Source: Octopus bimaculoides
Lineage: Eukaryota
Assembly: GCF_001194135.2 (NCBI RefSeq)
Contig: NC_068998.1
Span: 25,601,696 to 25,665,695, forward strand
Direction: 5' to 3'
Length of the DNA stretch: 64,000 nt
The stretch's first letter is position 1; every line of letters starts with the position of its first letter. Of this stretch, positions 1 through 12,499 are shown piece after piece. The translations under genes were made by a program, and so were the position numbers. The notes under the pieces were generated by a model. That model made no database searches. It had not been told where the DNA came from and was given only the letters and a program-made list of their open reading frames with translations.

Positions 1-635
1 ACCATCCACGTTTAAGTGGGGATAAACTTTCATTCCAAATCGACGAAGTTAATGTAAACTATAAATTGAATAATATTTACAGAAGTCCCTTCTAATTAGT
101 GTCTATAAAGTGACATCGCAAATTTTACTGATTTCCCAGCAAAATCTGAGTTATATATTTTTCGTCTATGTGATTGGAGTCACCCAGCAAAAACAATTAT
201 TTCTGGTTTGGAAAACATTGTTACATACATTGAGTTTCAGTCACTGGAAAAAAATTCAATTTAAAACAATTAAAGAGAATTAATTCTGTGTATAAATCAT
301 ACATCTTTTAAATTAAATTATACAGTTAATGAATTGGTAAAAATCGTTTACCGTGCAAAATAGGAGGTACTTGACGCTTCGGTGCTGGACTTTCGCCTAA
401 GAAGAAATTTGATAGGCGTTTTGGCAACAGGGGATATATAAATACAGAGTATGTTTAGAGAGTTTGTTCCAAAACTTTACGTTCACACACACATACATAC
501 ACACACATACACGCATACACATTAACTATTAACGCACCAATTTAGCAAACGAATGAAAGAGGAGTGCTCTTTTGGAAATTAATTTTTTATCTTGCGACTA
601 TCTATTAATGCTGTTTTATATATACTCTTTTACTC

Positions 636-679
636 TTACTCTTTTACTTGTTTCAGTCAATTGACTGCGGCCATGCTGG
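636..679 (-). mobile_element. SINE family 2, 3' tail fragment (truncated by gap)
   Basis: ctcttttacttgtttcagtcaattgactgcggccatgctgg matches the tail of copies at 11068-11130 and 29775-29820. Confidence 0.7.
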
Positions 680-1168
680 NNNNNNNNNNNNNNNNNNNNN
701 NNNNNNNNNNNNNNNNNNNNNNNNNNNNNNNNNNNNNNNNNNNNNNNNNNNNNNNNNNNNNNNNNNNNNNNNNNNNNNNACTTAATCTTAGGCACCAGAA
801 TTAAGTATGATACTATCCATACAATTCCAATATAAGGGGATTAAAATCAAAATAAGCAACAAGGATATTCAAAGTTAATGCAGTGCGATCGTTTCATGCG
901 ACTCCATTTATTTTAGCAATGTGTACATTACATTAAATGTAAAATGCAGAGCAATCCTCAGCTGCACAAATATATAGAAATTTACTGAAATGTCATTTCA
1001 ACAGAAGGACATATTGTTGTAACTACATTTAAACTCTGCAAATGGAAAGGAAGAATACAAAAAAAAAACATTTTGACTCAGCCAGACCATACAGGCTAGT
1101 AATTAATTCCAAGCAGATTTTAACTGTCACTCATTTTATTTGATTTTCTTTTTGTTTCATCTTATCAG

Positions 1169-1228
1169 ACCTAGTGATCAAAAGCTTAAGAGGGCGCCAG
1201 CCTTTTCCTTACAGGGAAAAGGAAAGGG
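1169..1228 (+). CDS. Candidate 60-nt internal exon, xPSDQKLKRAPAFSLQGKGK, resembling SHIPPO/ODF3-type repeat proteins
   Basis: Strong polypyrimidine acceptor (ttttctttttgtttcatcttatcag), donor GG|gtaaac, open phase 2-2 frame; KRAPAFSL resembles the RAPAYS motif of ODF3-family proteins; no partner exon found. Confidence 0.35.
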
Positions 1229-1979
1229 GTAAACAATATACATGGATGATATGGTTATAATGATTCTTTTGGTTTTAGTGACAAACTACTATAGGTTTNN
1301 NNNNNNNNNNNNNNNNNNNNNNNNNNNNNNNTAGCAGACCAGTTTGTGATGGAGCAGGGGAAGTTTAACATAAGGCACCTAGGTCCAAAGTATATAAAAT
1401 AAAGTTGCTATATGTGTTCAGATACCGTATATATCTATTCATAGTTTTCATTAAACAGAATAATGTATCAGTATTGTTTTACATATGCTAAGTTTGGAAA
1501 ATTTGAGATACCAATATTTGCTTAATTAATATGTGAATAAATAACAACTAATTATAAATTCATAAATTAATAAATTAATAATGAAATAAGAAATAAAAAG
1601 AAATCGTGTGTAATAATGTAACTAATCAATACATTCATATGCAAAAACCATGAAGTAGTATTAATTTAAAATGCACTGGTAAAGTACATTTAGACTTATT
1701 TACACCAATATAAAGAACCATAGATAAGATGTGAAATAAAAAATCTTTTATATATATTGGACTAAAAATTATTTCTAGATTAAAATTAAAGTTATATATC
1801 TAATATTATCTAAAGGACAAAAAAGAGATAGAATTTACTTTATAACTACTATAAAGAATTGATACATAGGATTTACATGGTTTATAATGATGGACTCATC
1901 AAGGTTTAAGAAACTGATAAAATGAATACTTGGAATTAACATAGAATACAATGGTGGACTAGACAACTAATAGAGGACA

Positions 1980-3200
1980 TTGGGTCATCCCGGATATAAC
2001 GCGTTTTTTTTACCAATTGCATCAACTAAAAGTCATAGGTGGGGGCGGCATAAACTACCTGCATNNNNNNNNNNTTCAGATCAGGTAATAATTAATTGTA
2101 CCTTGTCCTTATTCTTAGTGTAAGATTTGATTGCGGCAGTTCGATTTTAACACTTATTTTCTCAAAGCTATAATGGAAGTGATAAAGGAGCATATTCGGC
2201 ATATTTTGTTTTATGAGTTCAATATAGGCAACAACGCAACGGAAAGTGTGAGGAATATTAATGCAGTATATGGGGATCGGGCAATAAGCGTAAGCCAGTG
2301 TGAATGGTGGTTTCAGAAATTCCGAGCCATAAGCTATTTGCTAGAAAACGAGCCTTGTCCTAAAAAATTTGTAGAGCTCGACGAGGGCGTCTGCAAACTT
2401 TGGCGGGGCAAAATCTCATCGTAACTGTTGTGGAACTATCAAAGAAGCTTGGATTTAATCATTCAGCCATTCATCGACACATGCGTACCATCGGAACAGT
2501 CAGCAAAGTGGGTCAATTGGTTCCTCACAAACTTTTTCAGCTTTATCACGCACAAAGAGCGAATGTGTACTTATCGTTGCTGTCATATCTCACGAATGAA
2601 CCTTTTTTGCACCGAATAGTGAGTTGTGACGAGAAACAGGTTCTATAAAAGTGTCATTCACCGAAAATAGTGGGTAGGGAAAAGAGAAACACTGACACTC
2701 CAGTCTAAGGACTGTCTTCACCCACCTAATGTGTTCATTTCTGTTTGGTGGGATATGAAAGGTTTAGTCCACTTCAAACGATAATAAATGAGATTTAATG
2801 CGAGCAGTTTGAGCAGTTTAAGTCAGCGCTAGAAGAAAAACGACTATCCTTGGTTTCAAGACGGAAGATGTTCTTCCATCAGGATAATGCTCGGCTACAT
2901 ACAGCGCGGATGACATTCAAAAGACTGGAACAGTTTCAATGGGATACGATGCCCCGCCCACCATATTTGCCAGACATTGTCCCATCTGCTTATCATTTAT
3001 TCCGCAGTATTCAAAATCATTTGAACGGAAAAATATGAATTCTGTAGACGAGGTCACAACAGTGCTCGAGGAGTAATTTTCGTCACGGACAAGTGAATTT
3101 TGGAAGAGGGGATTTGCTAGTCTACTAGATAGATAGAAAAACATTGTAGAAAATGACGGAGAGTATATTTTAGATTTTAAAAAAACTTTCCTAAATTTAG
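1980..3200 (+). mobile_element. Mariner (DD34D) transposon, decayed
   Basis: EHIRHILFYEF..NATESVRNINAVYG (HTH), GQLVPHKL (WVPHEL-like), IVSCDEK, HQDNARLH, PPYLPDIVPSAYHLF, C-terminal ENDGEYILD; frameshifts and stops; left TIR-like ttgggtcatcc. Confidence 0.95.
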
Positions 3201-3475
3201 CTGCCCGATCTTGCACAGTTGATAAAGCTGGAGAGTCATCATTTGATGTAGCGACTATTTGAGTATGAATGTCCAGTTGCGCTACACCGTTTTTCTATAG
3301 GTACATGATAACACCACGATGCCAAATGTTGTCCAAAGACAAGAGACGTCACTAGTAGTTACATTTGAAGTCGCTTTTGCTCAGGTAGAAGTCAGTTTAC
3401 CTGGAAAGAAGCAATGTCCTCATTAATCAATTCATACATTAATTAATTGTCTGTAGTTATAAATATACGATACAC

Positions 3476-3715
3476 TTCACTTTTGCCGAATCATAACAAG
3501 CCGAAGCCAGGAAGCTGAACGGACACAAGGCCGAACGAAGAAGATGTTTAAAAGACATACAAGGATTAAAATATATGATAATCATTTTATTCATTCAATA
3601 TGACCATTTGACAGACGAAAATGGTCATTAAATTATGTAGGTAGGAATGTTTATTTTTATTATTGTGTCCGTTCGGCTACTTGGCTTCGGTTACTTGTCC
3701 TTCGGCAAAAGTGAA
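3476..3715. mobile_element. MITE-like fold-back element with ~53-bp imperfect TIRs
   Basis: 3476-3528 (ttcacttttgccgaa...gctgaacggacacaa) is the inverted complement of 3663-3715; central palindrome tgaccattt/aaatggtca. Confidence 0.8.
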
Positions 3716-3809
3716 TTCAGCATCCTGTCCGCGTACGATGNNNNNNNNNNNNNNNNNNNNNNNNNNNNNNNNNNNNNNNNNNNNNNNNNNNNNNNNNNNN
3801 NNNNNNNNA

Positions 3810-3891
3810 TATAAATACATAGATAGGTAGATAGATAGACAGACAGACATACAGACAGACAGACAAACAAACAGACAGACAGACAGACAGC

Positions 3892-3943
<52 letters not shown>

Positions 3944-3951
3944 CAGATAGA
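3810..3951. repeat. (GATA)n/(GACA)n compound microsatellite
   Basis: Direct inspection. Confidence 0.97.
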
Positions 3952-4106
3952 TATCTGTATCATATTTCCATATATATTTTCTAAATTTAATGTGTTGACG
4001 TTCTGGTATGTTTCAGAATCCTACATCGTTTCTGAAATGTGTGCAATCCACAAATTCATCGCTTTTCTATCTATAAAAGAAATATTGTTATTTTTTTTTG
4101 TTATAC

Positions 4107-4161
<55 letters not shown>

Positions 4162-4330
4162 ACCATCATTATCATTATTATTATTATTAAGAAGAAGAAA
4201 AGAAGAAACAGAAGAAGAACAAGAACAACAACAGCAACAACAACAAAAGCAGCAGCAGCAGCAGCAAAGATTACAACAGCAGCACCAAGACCAACAACAA
4301 TTTCAACAGCAGCAGCAGCAACAACAACTA
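4107..4330. repeat. Compound trinucleotide microsatellite (TAT)n-(AGA)n-(ACA/GCA)n
   Basis: Direct inspection; explains the polyL/polyQ and polyI pseudo-ORFs. Confidence 0.95.
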
Positions 4331-4604
4331 CAACATATTTTCTCTAACACTGTCAAGTTGCCGAATTTTGAGTTGATAAATAACTTTTCTTAAGTTCCTT
4401 TCAGGCATTTCTTCACATTTTGCGATGATTTGGTGTGTGAAAAATCGAATATTTGCTCAAACATATGAAGGAACAATACATTTCTAGCATCCGTAATTTC
4501 TTTTAAACTGAGAAAAAATTTCGAAATCCACAGGATGCCTTCAGCGGAAAATATCAAAGCATATAAGCGAGAGCTGGAATATGATAAAATGTAACCTAAA
4601 CACC

Positions 4605-5389
4605 TAAATATATACATGTGTACGTATATACATACGTAAATATATATATATATGTATATACATATACACATACAAATGCATATATATATATATATAACCA
4701 CACACATATACATGCATACATGCGTATACATACATATATATACATATACATACATATATATATATATANNNNNNNNNNNNNNNNNNNNNNNNNNNNNNNN
4801 NNNNNNNNNNNNNNNNNNNNNNNNNNNNNNNNNNNNNNNNNNNNNNNNNNNNNNNNNNNNNNNNNNNNNNNNNNNNNNNNNNNNNNNNNNNNNNNNNNNN
4901 NNNNNNNNNNNNNNNNNNNNNNNNNNNNNNNNNNNNNNNNNNNNNNNNNNNNNNNNNNNNNNNNNNNNNNNNNNNNNNNNNNNNNNNNNNNNNNNNNNNN
5001 NNNNNNNNNNNNNNNNNNNNNNNNNNNNNNNNNNNNNNNNNNNNNNNNNNNNNNNNNNNNNNNNNNNNNNNNNNNNNNNNNNNNNNNNNNNNNNNNNNNN
5101 NNNNNNNNNNNNNNNNNNNNNNNNNNNNNNNNNNNNNNNNNNNNNNNNNNNNNNNNNNNNNNNNNNNNNNNNNNNNNNNNNNNNNNNNNNNNNNNNNNNN
5201 NNNNNNNNNNNNNNNNNNNNNNNNNNNNNNNNNNNNNNNNNNNNNNNNNNNNNNNNNNNNNNNNNNNNNNNNNNNNNNNNNNNNNNNNNNNNNNNNNNNN
5301 NNNNNNNNNNNNNNNNNNNNNNNNNNNNNNNNNNNNNNNNNNNNNNNNNNNNNNNNNNNNNNNNNNNNNNNNNNNNNNNNNNNNNNNNN

Positions 5390-5436
<47 letters not shown>
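4605..5436. repeat. (TA)n/(TACA)n microsatellite spanning an assembly gap
   Basis: Direct inspection. Confidence 0.95.
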
Positions 5437-5437
<1 letters not shown>

Positions 5438-6299
5438 TCATATATCCATGAGAAAATATAACAGAAACATGTACCTTCAAGTGTGTGTTTGTTTAAGTGC
5501 TTTCCAAAATAGGTACGTTAAATGTGCGACAAATAAGCGTATTAATGCAGGGGTTCTGTATTATAGCTATAGTTAAACTCCTGCAGCGTTTGAATGCAGT
5601 CACTAAATTCTTCTTTTTGCAAGGATAACCTGTTTTAATCGATGTTTCTCAACTCATTATATATATATCTATGCCTAACTCAACTAACTAACACCTCCTT
5701 TGTGCATAAATGTGTGCGTGTATGTATATTTGTGTATAAATGTGTGTGTATGTTTACGTAATTTGAAATCCAAATTAGACATTGCTCCAGTTTTGCCTGG
5801 CTGTGAGACATAAATATATTACATAAACAAGAATACTGTCATTTCTTATCGTTCTCATAGGCAGAACCAAAAACTTTATTTAACTGGTATCAAATTTTGA
5901 GAATGCTATTTATGGAAATGTGGTAGGCATATAACCCATCTCTTTGTAAACTGGTGGGTTACTGATCCCTACTGAAAGCTTAATAAATCCAGAACCTAAT
6001 TAGATAGCTCCATTCCCTATCAACGGTGACAAACAGATTCTAACCATTTCATTAGTTTTCTCATCTAGGCTTTAAAAGTGATCTGAACAAAGTCATAAAT
6101 ACAGAAAATACACATTCTATCTAAAATAACCCCTTAAAATCTCCACTAATGAGTGAACTATCAAGTGCCTTTTATTGCTAAGTATTTAATTTTTTGTAAT
6201 ACCATTCGTACATTCTAAAGTCAGGCTTTGCTAGACCGATCGCTTACATGCCACCAATGACAATTTTTAGTAGTTAGAAACGGACAGTTACAAAAAAGG

Positions 6300-7260
6300 A
6301 GAAATAATTACAAGTTCATGGCGAGAACTCCAATTAACTGATGTTGTAAAAGTAGAGCGGGATCAGTCAATGGAAAAATGAGTCGGTAATACCCGTGCAG
6401 AATTAGCTCGAAAGCAGACAGTTCCGATGTACCCATGAGTAGAAATGGCGGACAGTATATCGTTAGAACAGGTGTTAGATTATAATGCAGATCCTTATCA
6501 TTATAATATCTTGCTTGGCTTCTCTTTGAACGCAGTGTAAGGTATTTGTATGTTTATCAACTATGTATTATCACTGAAATGTGTTAGTACACATCTGGGG
6601 TTCTGAATTGGGTCTCTTATCGAGTTTTCTAATTTTCTAGTTCTAACGTGCAATATTTTGAGAATAGGAAGCGATTATCTTTCATTGATATGGATAGATG
6701 TTGTCTTCAAAAACCCTAGCTTTCCATGTTGCAGTCTCTCTTCATTGAATCGTTATAGATTTTGTGGTAAGTGCTTGAGTTGCTTATGGAGCGTACCTGA
6801 ATGCAGAAACTTGCGAAAGAATAAATTTATTGTCCACTTACAGAAGTGGGTTATTTGCAGTGAAGGATAGTTGCTCATAACAAACCAAACAGCAACGGAG
6901 AACCGAGTGAGCCAAGTATGGAACAGTTAGTGTTTTATCAATACACATTAAAATTATGAGATCCAACAACATTAAAGACATCTAAGAGACGAGAAATGAA
7001 TTCCATAGGCATGCAGCTCAGCTAGGACATTTTAACGCAGGATGTGGCCGGAATCATTGATAATGCAAAGGACATCGTGATTATTTTCAACAACAATCTT
7101 GGCAGTGTGATTCCGCAAGTGATTGACATATGGAGTACGTATACCGATAATCTATGTGAAAGAAATCCGTAATGTTTACTATTTAAAAGGAAATAGGTTT
7201 GTAGAGACGGATAAGGTGGGTTGTCAATACGTGTTTCTGTCACACTTGAGAAGTCGTAAG
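6300..7260 (+). mobile_element. Possible highly degraded LINE (AP-endonuclease region)
   Basis: QLGHFNAG (LGDFNA-like) at ~7020-7045, ELARK near 6400 and WVVNTCF near 7215; many stops. Confidence 0.3.
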
Positions 7261-9129
7261 TGAATGCTGAATAACAATGTACATAATTTCTTCTCTGTGT
7301 ATCTTTGTCTGTCTCGCCAGTTTCTCTTTCCTGTAATTCTTACTTCATGACAACTCCAATATCTCTTCTACTGAATATATATTTAAGACCGATATTTTGG
7401 GGATTAAATACAATGTTTGTATGTAGTACATGTTTGTGTGTCTGTCTGTGTGTGTGAGAGAGATAGACAGACAGAAAGAGAGAGAGAGAAATATCTTAAT
7501 TTGCTACAGATAATCTCGTAAATACAAATTTCTTTCTCTTCCCAAACGACTTTCTTCCTCCGAACCACTTCTTTCAACAATGAACGCTTTTGATTTCTCT
7601 TGGGTAATCACAATTGTCGCCTGCATCTGTTCTACGTTTCTTCACCTGGCCACATTGTAGAGTTTTAATGTATTTTTTATTTATAGATTATTTCAATTCA
7701 CCGCGTATATAAACTGAGCAAACATTTTCTAACTTTCTACCAACTTTACAGAAATATAATTTATAACACAATTCGCTTCCTCACAGATCCTTTGCTGACT
7801 ATCTTTTAATCAAATTTTCTATTCAATTTACTCTTCGTTTACAGCGGTATATTTAAGCATCGATCTTAACTTTCAGTTAATAATATTTTTTCTTCTAAGT
7901 TATCAGTATACGCACAGACCCAATCTGTTTTTCTTGACACTTTTCTCATTCATTATCTATCGTTTATTCATGCTTTTATTAAACTTTCCATTGGAAGTTC
8001 AAGCCTTACTCCTACTTACGACATCTTATTTACATTTAGTATTTGACATTGCGAATAACAACGATTGAATATAAAATATAATCAAACATGCCTAGCTGCA
8101 TCCACTAACAATTTCTGAAAACTATGCATCGTTCCAACTGTCAGTGAGCTCCGAAGAACGGAACAATGACGTTGTAGTAACGATTTTCTATTTCCAGTTC
8201 CAACAAAATACAATATTACATTCTAACCTCAGTATGGTGTTTGAAATGTTATCTTAACACACAAACAAATGTTTAACCACTACCACTATAAACTATGTAT
8301 GTGTATGAAATTATATTTATTTATATATACATCTACACATGCGTATGTTGCTTGTTGAATTATGTGTAGTACATATCTTGTATTAATGTTTCTTCTACGT
8401 TATCGTAGAGATTAGAAATCCAAAAGGCCTCTGGACAAACAAACAAAATAACAAATACAGGTGTGAAAATATTTGGTTACCCTATGATGAAGAAAGATTA
8501 GGAAAACCCATGATTTCCGACAATAAACTATCGCGGGGACGTAGAAGTGAGTAGATTGCATTACATGCAACAAAAATGAAAGTGAAAGTGAAAGTCAGCA
8601 ACATAAAGGGCGAAAATGAGTCGAACGAGGCTCTGTTAGACGTCGGCATGTCTTCTACATGTAGCCCACCGTCTTTACTATACCATAAATATATCACGCC
8701 TTCGGCAGTTTTTCTACACTATAAACATGTTGTCTCTTAAAGTGGATGACACCATTATTTGGCAATGCTGTTGGAATATTTTGTACATCATACAACTGAC
8801 ATAGTGCTCTCGGTGACGTTGGAGGAAATAAAGATTGAGTTTCTTGAGACGATCCCAAAAATCAAGACTTATTATGCCCTCTAGTTTTTTTGTGATTGAT
8901 CACAGTGGTGCTTCAATTTTTTATAATATTCTCTCTCAGGTAGAAAGACGACAGTGGATGACAGTATTCAAGGTGAGGACGGGTGAAGATTGAGAAAGGA
9001 AAAAAAATGGTGGGGGCGTCTCTAAACAGAAAAGGCAAGGGGGCCAGGAACACGACTTGTAGATTGTGTTGACTTTGCTGTTTATCTGGACACTCCAGCT
9101 TAAATTGTTGTTAGCTTTTACTTTTAGAT

Positions 9130-10120
9130 GCCGAGCGGTGTTCGCCTGTGGGAAGAATGTATGGTAGTGTAGCCACTTCAGTAAAGTTGACTGATTCGAA
9201 TTTATTCTCTTTTACTTGCATATTTTGCTTTAATGTTTATCGGATAACAGCGAACAGATCCAATTGTAGATTCGTCCAGTCTCCTGTTTTTACGATGACC
9301 TTCAGAAGCTTAGAGTCTTTCGCAAAAATTCTAAAATTAGCTATGTTTGAAGACGTCAATGATGTCATTGGTGTAAATAATAAAAAGGAATGGACCCAAT
9401 ACTGTGCCTTGTGGGGCTCTACTGATGATTCTCGCCGAGCATGATCGACCCCTGTCTATCGCCATATGCTGAGTTTCTGTTCACCAGAAAACATTCAATA
9501 CCATTTAATAGCTTCCTTCGGACTCCACTCTTCGATAGATCTTTTAACAGGATGCGATGGCCAACTTTGTCGAAGGCCTTGTTCACGCAGATGGCACCTG
9601 CATTGGAGCCTTCTCCCAGAATCTTTAGGATACCATCAAAATGATGCATGATCTATGTTTGGTAGTCTCTGTCACTGCGGAAATCATCCTAGTTCGGAAT
9701 AAGTGAGGTGCTACCTTACAGGAGCTGAGTTACTCGAGATCTCACCACTCTCTCGAATAATAAGAAGTAGGTGATTCGGTCATTATTCACTACCAACGGT
9801 TTGTTGCCATTTTTGAAAAATGGGCCACTCGTTTGGAATTTTCAGGAATATAGCTAGCTTCCAGTGTTTTCTTTCAAAGAATAGCTAAAAGGAAAGCCAG
9901 TTGATGACGGCACACCTTCACGACTCTGACTAGGAACTTGCTGGGATTTGTAGCTGAGTTCTTTGTTGCAATTTCATTAATAGCTACTATGATATCCGAG
10001 GCGTTACATGATTCATCGGTGAGAGTGATATGATGTGGATTGTTCGTTCTGGCAACTGGTATATATTACGTTACTAAAAGAGTAGTTGTTATTTGCTCAA
10101 AAATTTCGTGCGTTGAATAG
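9130..10120 (-). mobile_element. CR1-type LINE reverse-transcriptase fragment
   Basis: NKAFDKVGHRILLKDLSKSGVRRKLLNGIECFLVNR (FAKAFDKVDH..LL.KL motif), followed by a PQG.VLGP-like region (gagccccacaaggcacagtattgggtcca). Confidence 0.9.
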
Positions 10121-10359
10121 TTTTTATTGCATTTACTTGTCTCTCTACATAATTAGTAGTAAATAATATTCAGATTTTGTATGTGGTGTGTTTGAGGAAC
10201 ATGCTTACACTTTATATAATTCAAATAGACGTATATTCAAAACTGCCACTCCCTATCTCTATTCTCATAAATTATCTCACCCAGATAACTATGACTGTAC
10301 GTATGTCAGTCTGTAGTGTACAGACACAGAAAGGTAGATATATAGATATAGACAAACAG

Positions 10360-10404
10360 ACGGACCGGCGGACGGACGGACAGACAGACAGACAGACAAA
10401 CAGT

Positions 10405-10462
<58 letters not shown>
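10360..10462. repeat. (GACA)n/(GATA)n microsatellite
   Basis: Direct inspection. Confidence 0.97.
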
Positions 10463-10464
<2 letters not shown>

Positions 10465-10994
10465 GGTGACTGAAATACTATTAATACAAATATCTTTGAT
10501 TTGTCTACCGTTTTAGACGGAAGTTTTGTTAGACCACAGAATATTGCGTTGTTTGCCATTATAGTACTTCTCGTGTGGACTCATGAATCATTAAAACACG
10601 AGTATTTATAACGCTGACGAGTGATAAGCCCCCTCTATGGCTGCCGGAACTGTCAGATCCTATGATGTCGTCCTTCGTTGGTGTCGTTAGTGACTGACGT
10701 CCATCGGAGATATAACATCCGATTCCCCTGTCAAAGATATATAGAGTATTAGATTCTATTCAGGAACACGTATTGCAAATAGCCGGTGGACTTGTTAAGG
10801 TGTGTTAATACCAATATGAAATATTTATCTCTAACTTTACGTGGAAATTATGTTACAAAACAGAATACTGCATCATTTACCATCAATGATATAAACACGA
10901 TTGTTTTTAATGCACAACGAGTCCATATGAGAGATACTCTCAAGGTATATAACGGACTATTCTATATTCTAACACACATCCAAGGAAAGTGGTA

Positions 10995-11067
<73 letters not shown>
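10995..11067. repeat. (TA)n microsatellite
   Basis: Direct inspection. Confidence 0.97.
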
Positions 11068-11070
<3 letters not shown>

Positions 11071-11465
11071 TTTATTCTTTTAAATGTTTTACTTGTTTCA
11101 GTCATTTCACTGCGCCATACTGGAGCACCGACTCGAAGGGTTTTAGCTGACCAAATCGATCCCAGGATTTCATTCTTACGCCTAGTACTTATTCTATCGG
11201 AATTTTTGCTGAGCCGTTAAGTTACGGAGACGTAAACACACTAACATCGTTTGTCAAGTGGTGAACAAAGGACAAACACACACACATTCACGCACGCACG
11301 CACACACACCAACACACACATATATATATATACATTTATATATACGACATGATTCATTCAGTTTCCATCCACCATATCCAGTCACAATGCTTTGGTCGGC
11401 TCAGTTGGACTGAAACGGAAACCATGTGGTTGGAAAGCAAGCTTCTTACAGCACAGTTACACCAT
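11068..11465 (-). mobile_element. SINE family 2, full-length: tRNA-like head + internal microsatellite + tail
   Basis: Head rc (gctgtaagaagcttgctttccaaccacatggtttccgtttcagtcc) 11345-11465; (CA)/(TA)n 11275-11345; tail 11068-11270; same order as the copy at 25248-25680. Confidence 0.85.
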
Positions 11466-11494
11466 ATATGTGTATATGTGTGTGTATTTGTATG

Positions 11495-11525
<31 letters not shown>

Positions 11526-11699
11526 TGAATACTGCAATCTTGATTTCTCTTGTGTACAGAATAAATTAACTACCGTATTTTCATATGGCCTACATTGTTT
11601 TATTTCATTTTCTTCGGATAATTACGATAATGTAGTTTTAGAATTTAGTTATAGAATTATGCAAGTTTATCATATGCATATGTGTGTGCTCTGTGTAAG

Positions 11700-11924
11700 C
11701 ATATCTATCTATCTGACCATCTATCTACTTATCTAGCTCTCTTTCTCTTTCTCTCTCTCTCTCTCACTCTCTCTTGCTCTCTGTTGTTACCAAGGGATAC
11801 ATACATACAGTCTCGTACACGCGCGCGCAGACACGCACGCAAGCACACAGACACACATACATACATGCATACATACATACATACATGCATGCATATATAT
11901 ATACATACAAACATATATACATAT

Positions 11925-11955
<31 letters not shown>

Positions 11956-11956
11956 N
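11700..11956. repeat. Compound (CT)n/(CA)n/(TACA)n/(TA)n microsatellite
   Basis: Direct inspection. Confidence 0.95.
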
Positions 11957-12499
11957 NNNNNNNNNNNNNNNNNNNNNNNNNNNNNNNNNNNNNNNNNNNN
12001 NNNNNNNNNNNNNNNNNNNNNNNNNNNNNNNNNNNNNNNNNNNNNNNNNNNNNNNNNNNNNNNNNNNNNNNNNNNNNNNNNNNNNNNNNNNNNNNNNNNN
12101 NNNNNNNNNNNNNNNNNNNNNNNNNNNNNNNNNNNNNNNNNNNNNNNNNNNNNNNNNNNNNNNNNNNNNNNNNNNNTATAATAAATGGATTGGAGAAAGT
12201 TCAAATCAGGCAAACTACAATGAACACATATGTATACGGATTTAATTAAGATAAATAATTGTCCAGAAAACATATATTGGTATATCAAAAATTACATATA
12301 AGAATACATATGAAAATATAAAAATATATGAATATCAAAAATATAAATGGACATATAAACAGATGAATATATAAACATAGTAGTAATTTAATGAAGTATA
12401 CCATTGCAGATAAAAACTTTAAAAAAAAAGAATTAAAAACATAATGAAGGGAAAATAATAAGCGGCAAAAAAATGTTAAGCTTTAATTTAAAAGAAAAT

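Noticed and set aside
3301-3384. Possible 84-nt phase 0 exon VHDNTTMPNVVQRQETSLVVTFEVAFAQ
   Set aside because: Only splice-like signals with a weak donor (gtagaa); no homology; such matches arise often by chance
3992-4393. polyL/polyE/polyQ ORF
   Set aside because: Translation of compound trinucleotide microsatellites; no unique coding sequence
5861-5922. Possible exon AEPKTLFNWYQILRMLFMEM
   Set aside because: No homology and phase incompatible with neighbouring candidates
7490-8100. Minus-strand fragments resembling a LINE ORF1 (EVVRRKKVVWEEKEICIYE)
   Set aside because: Too degraded to call by eye
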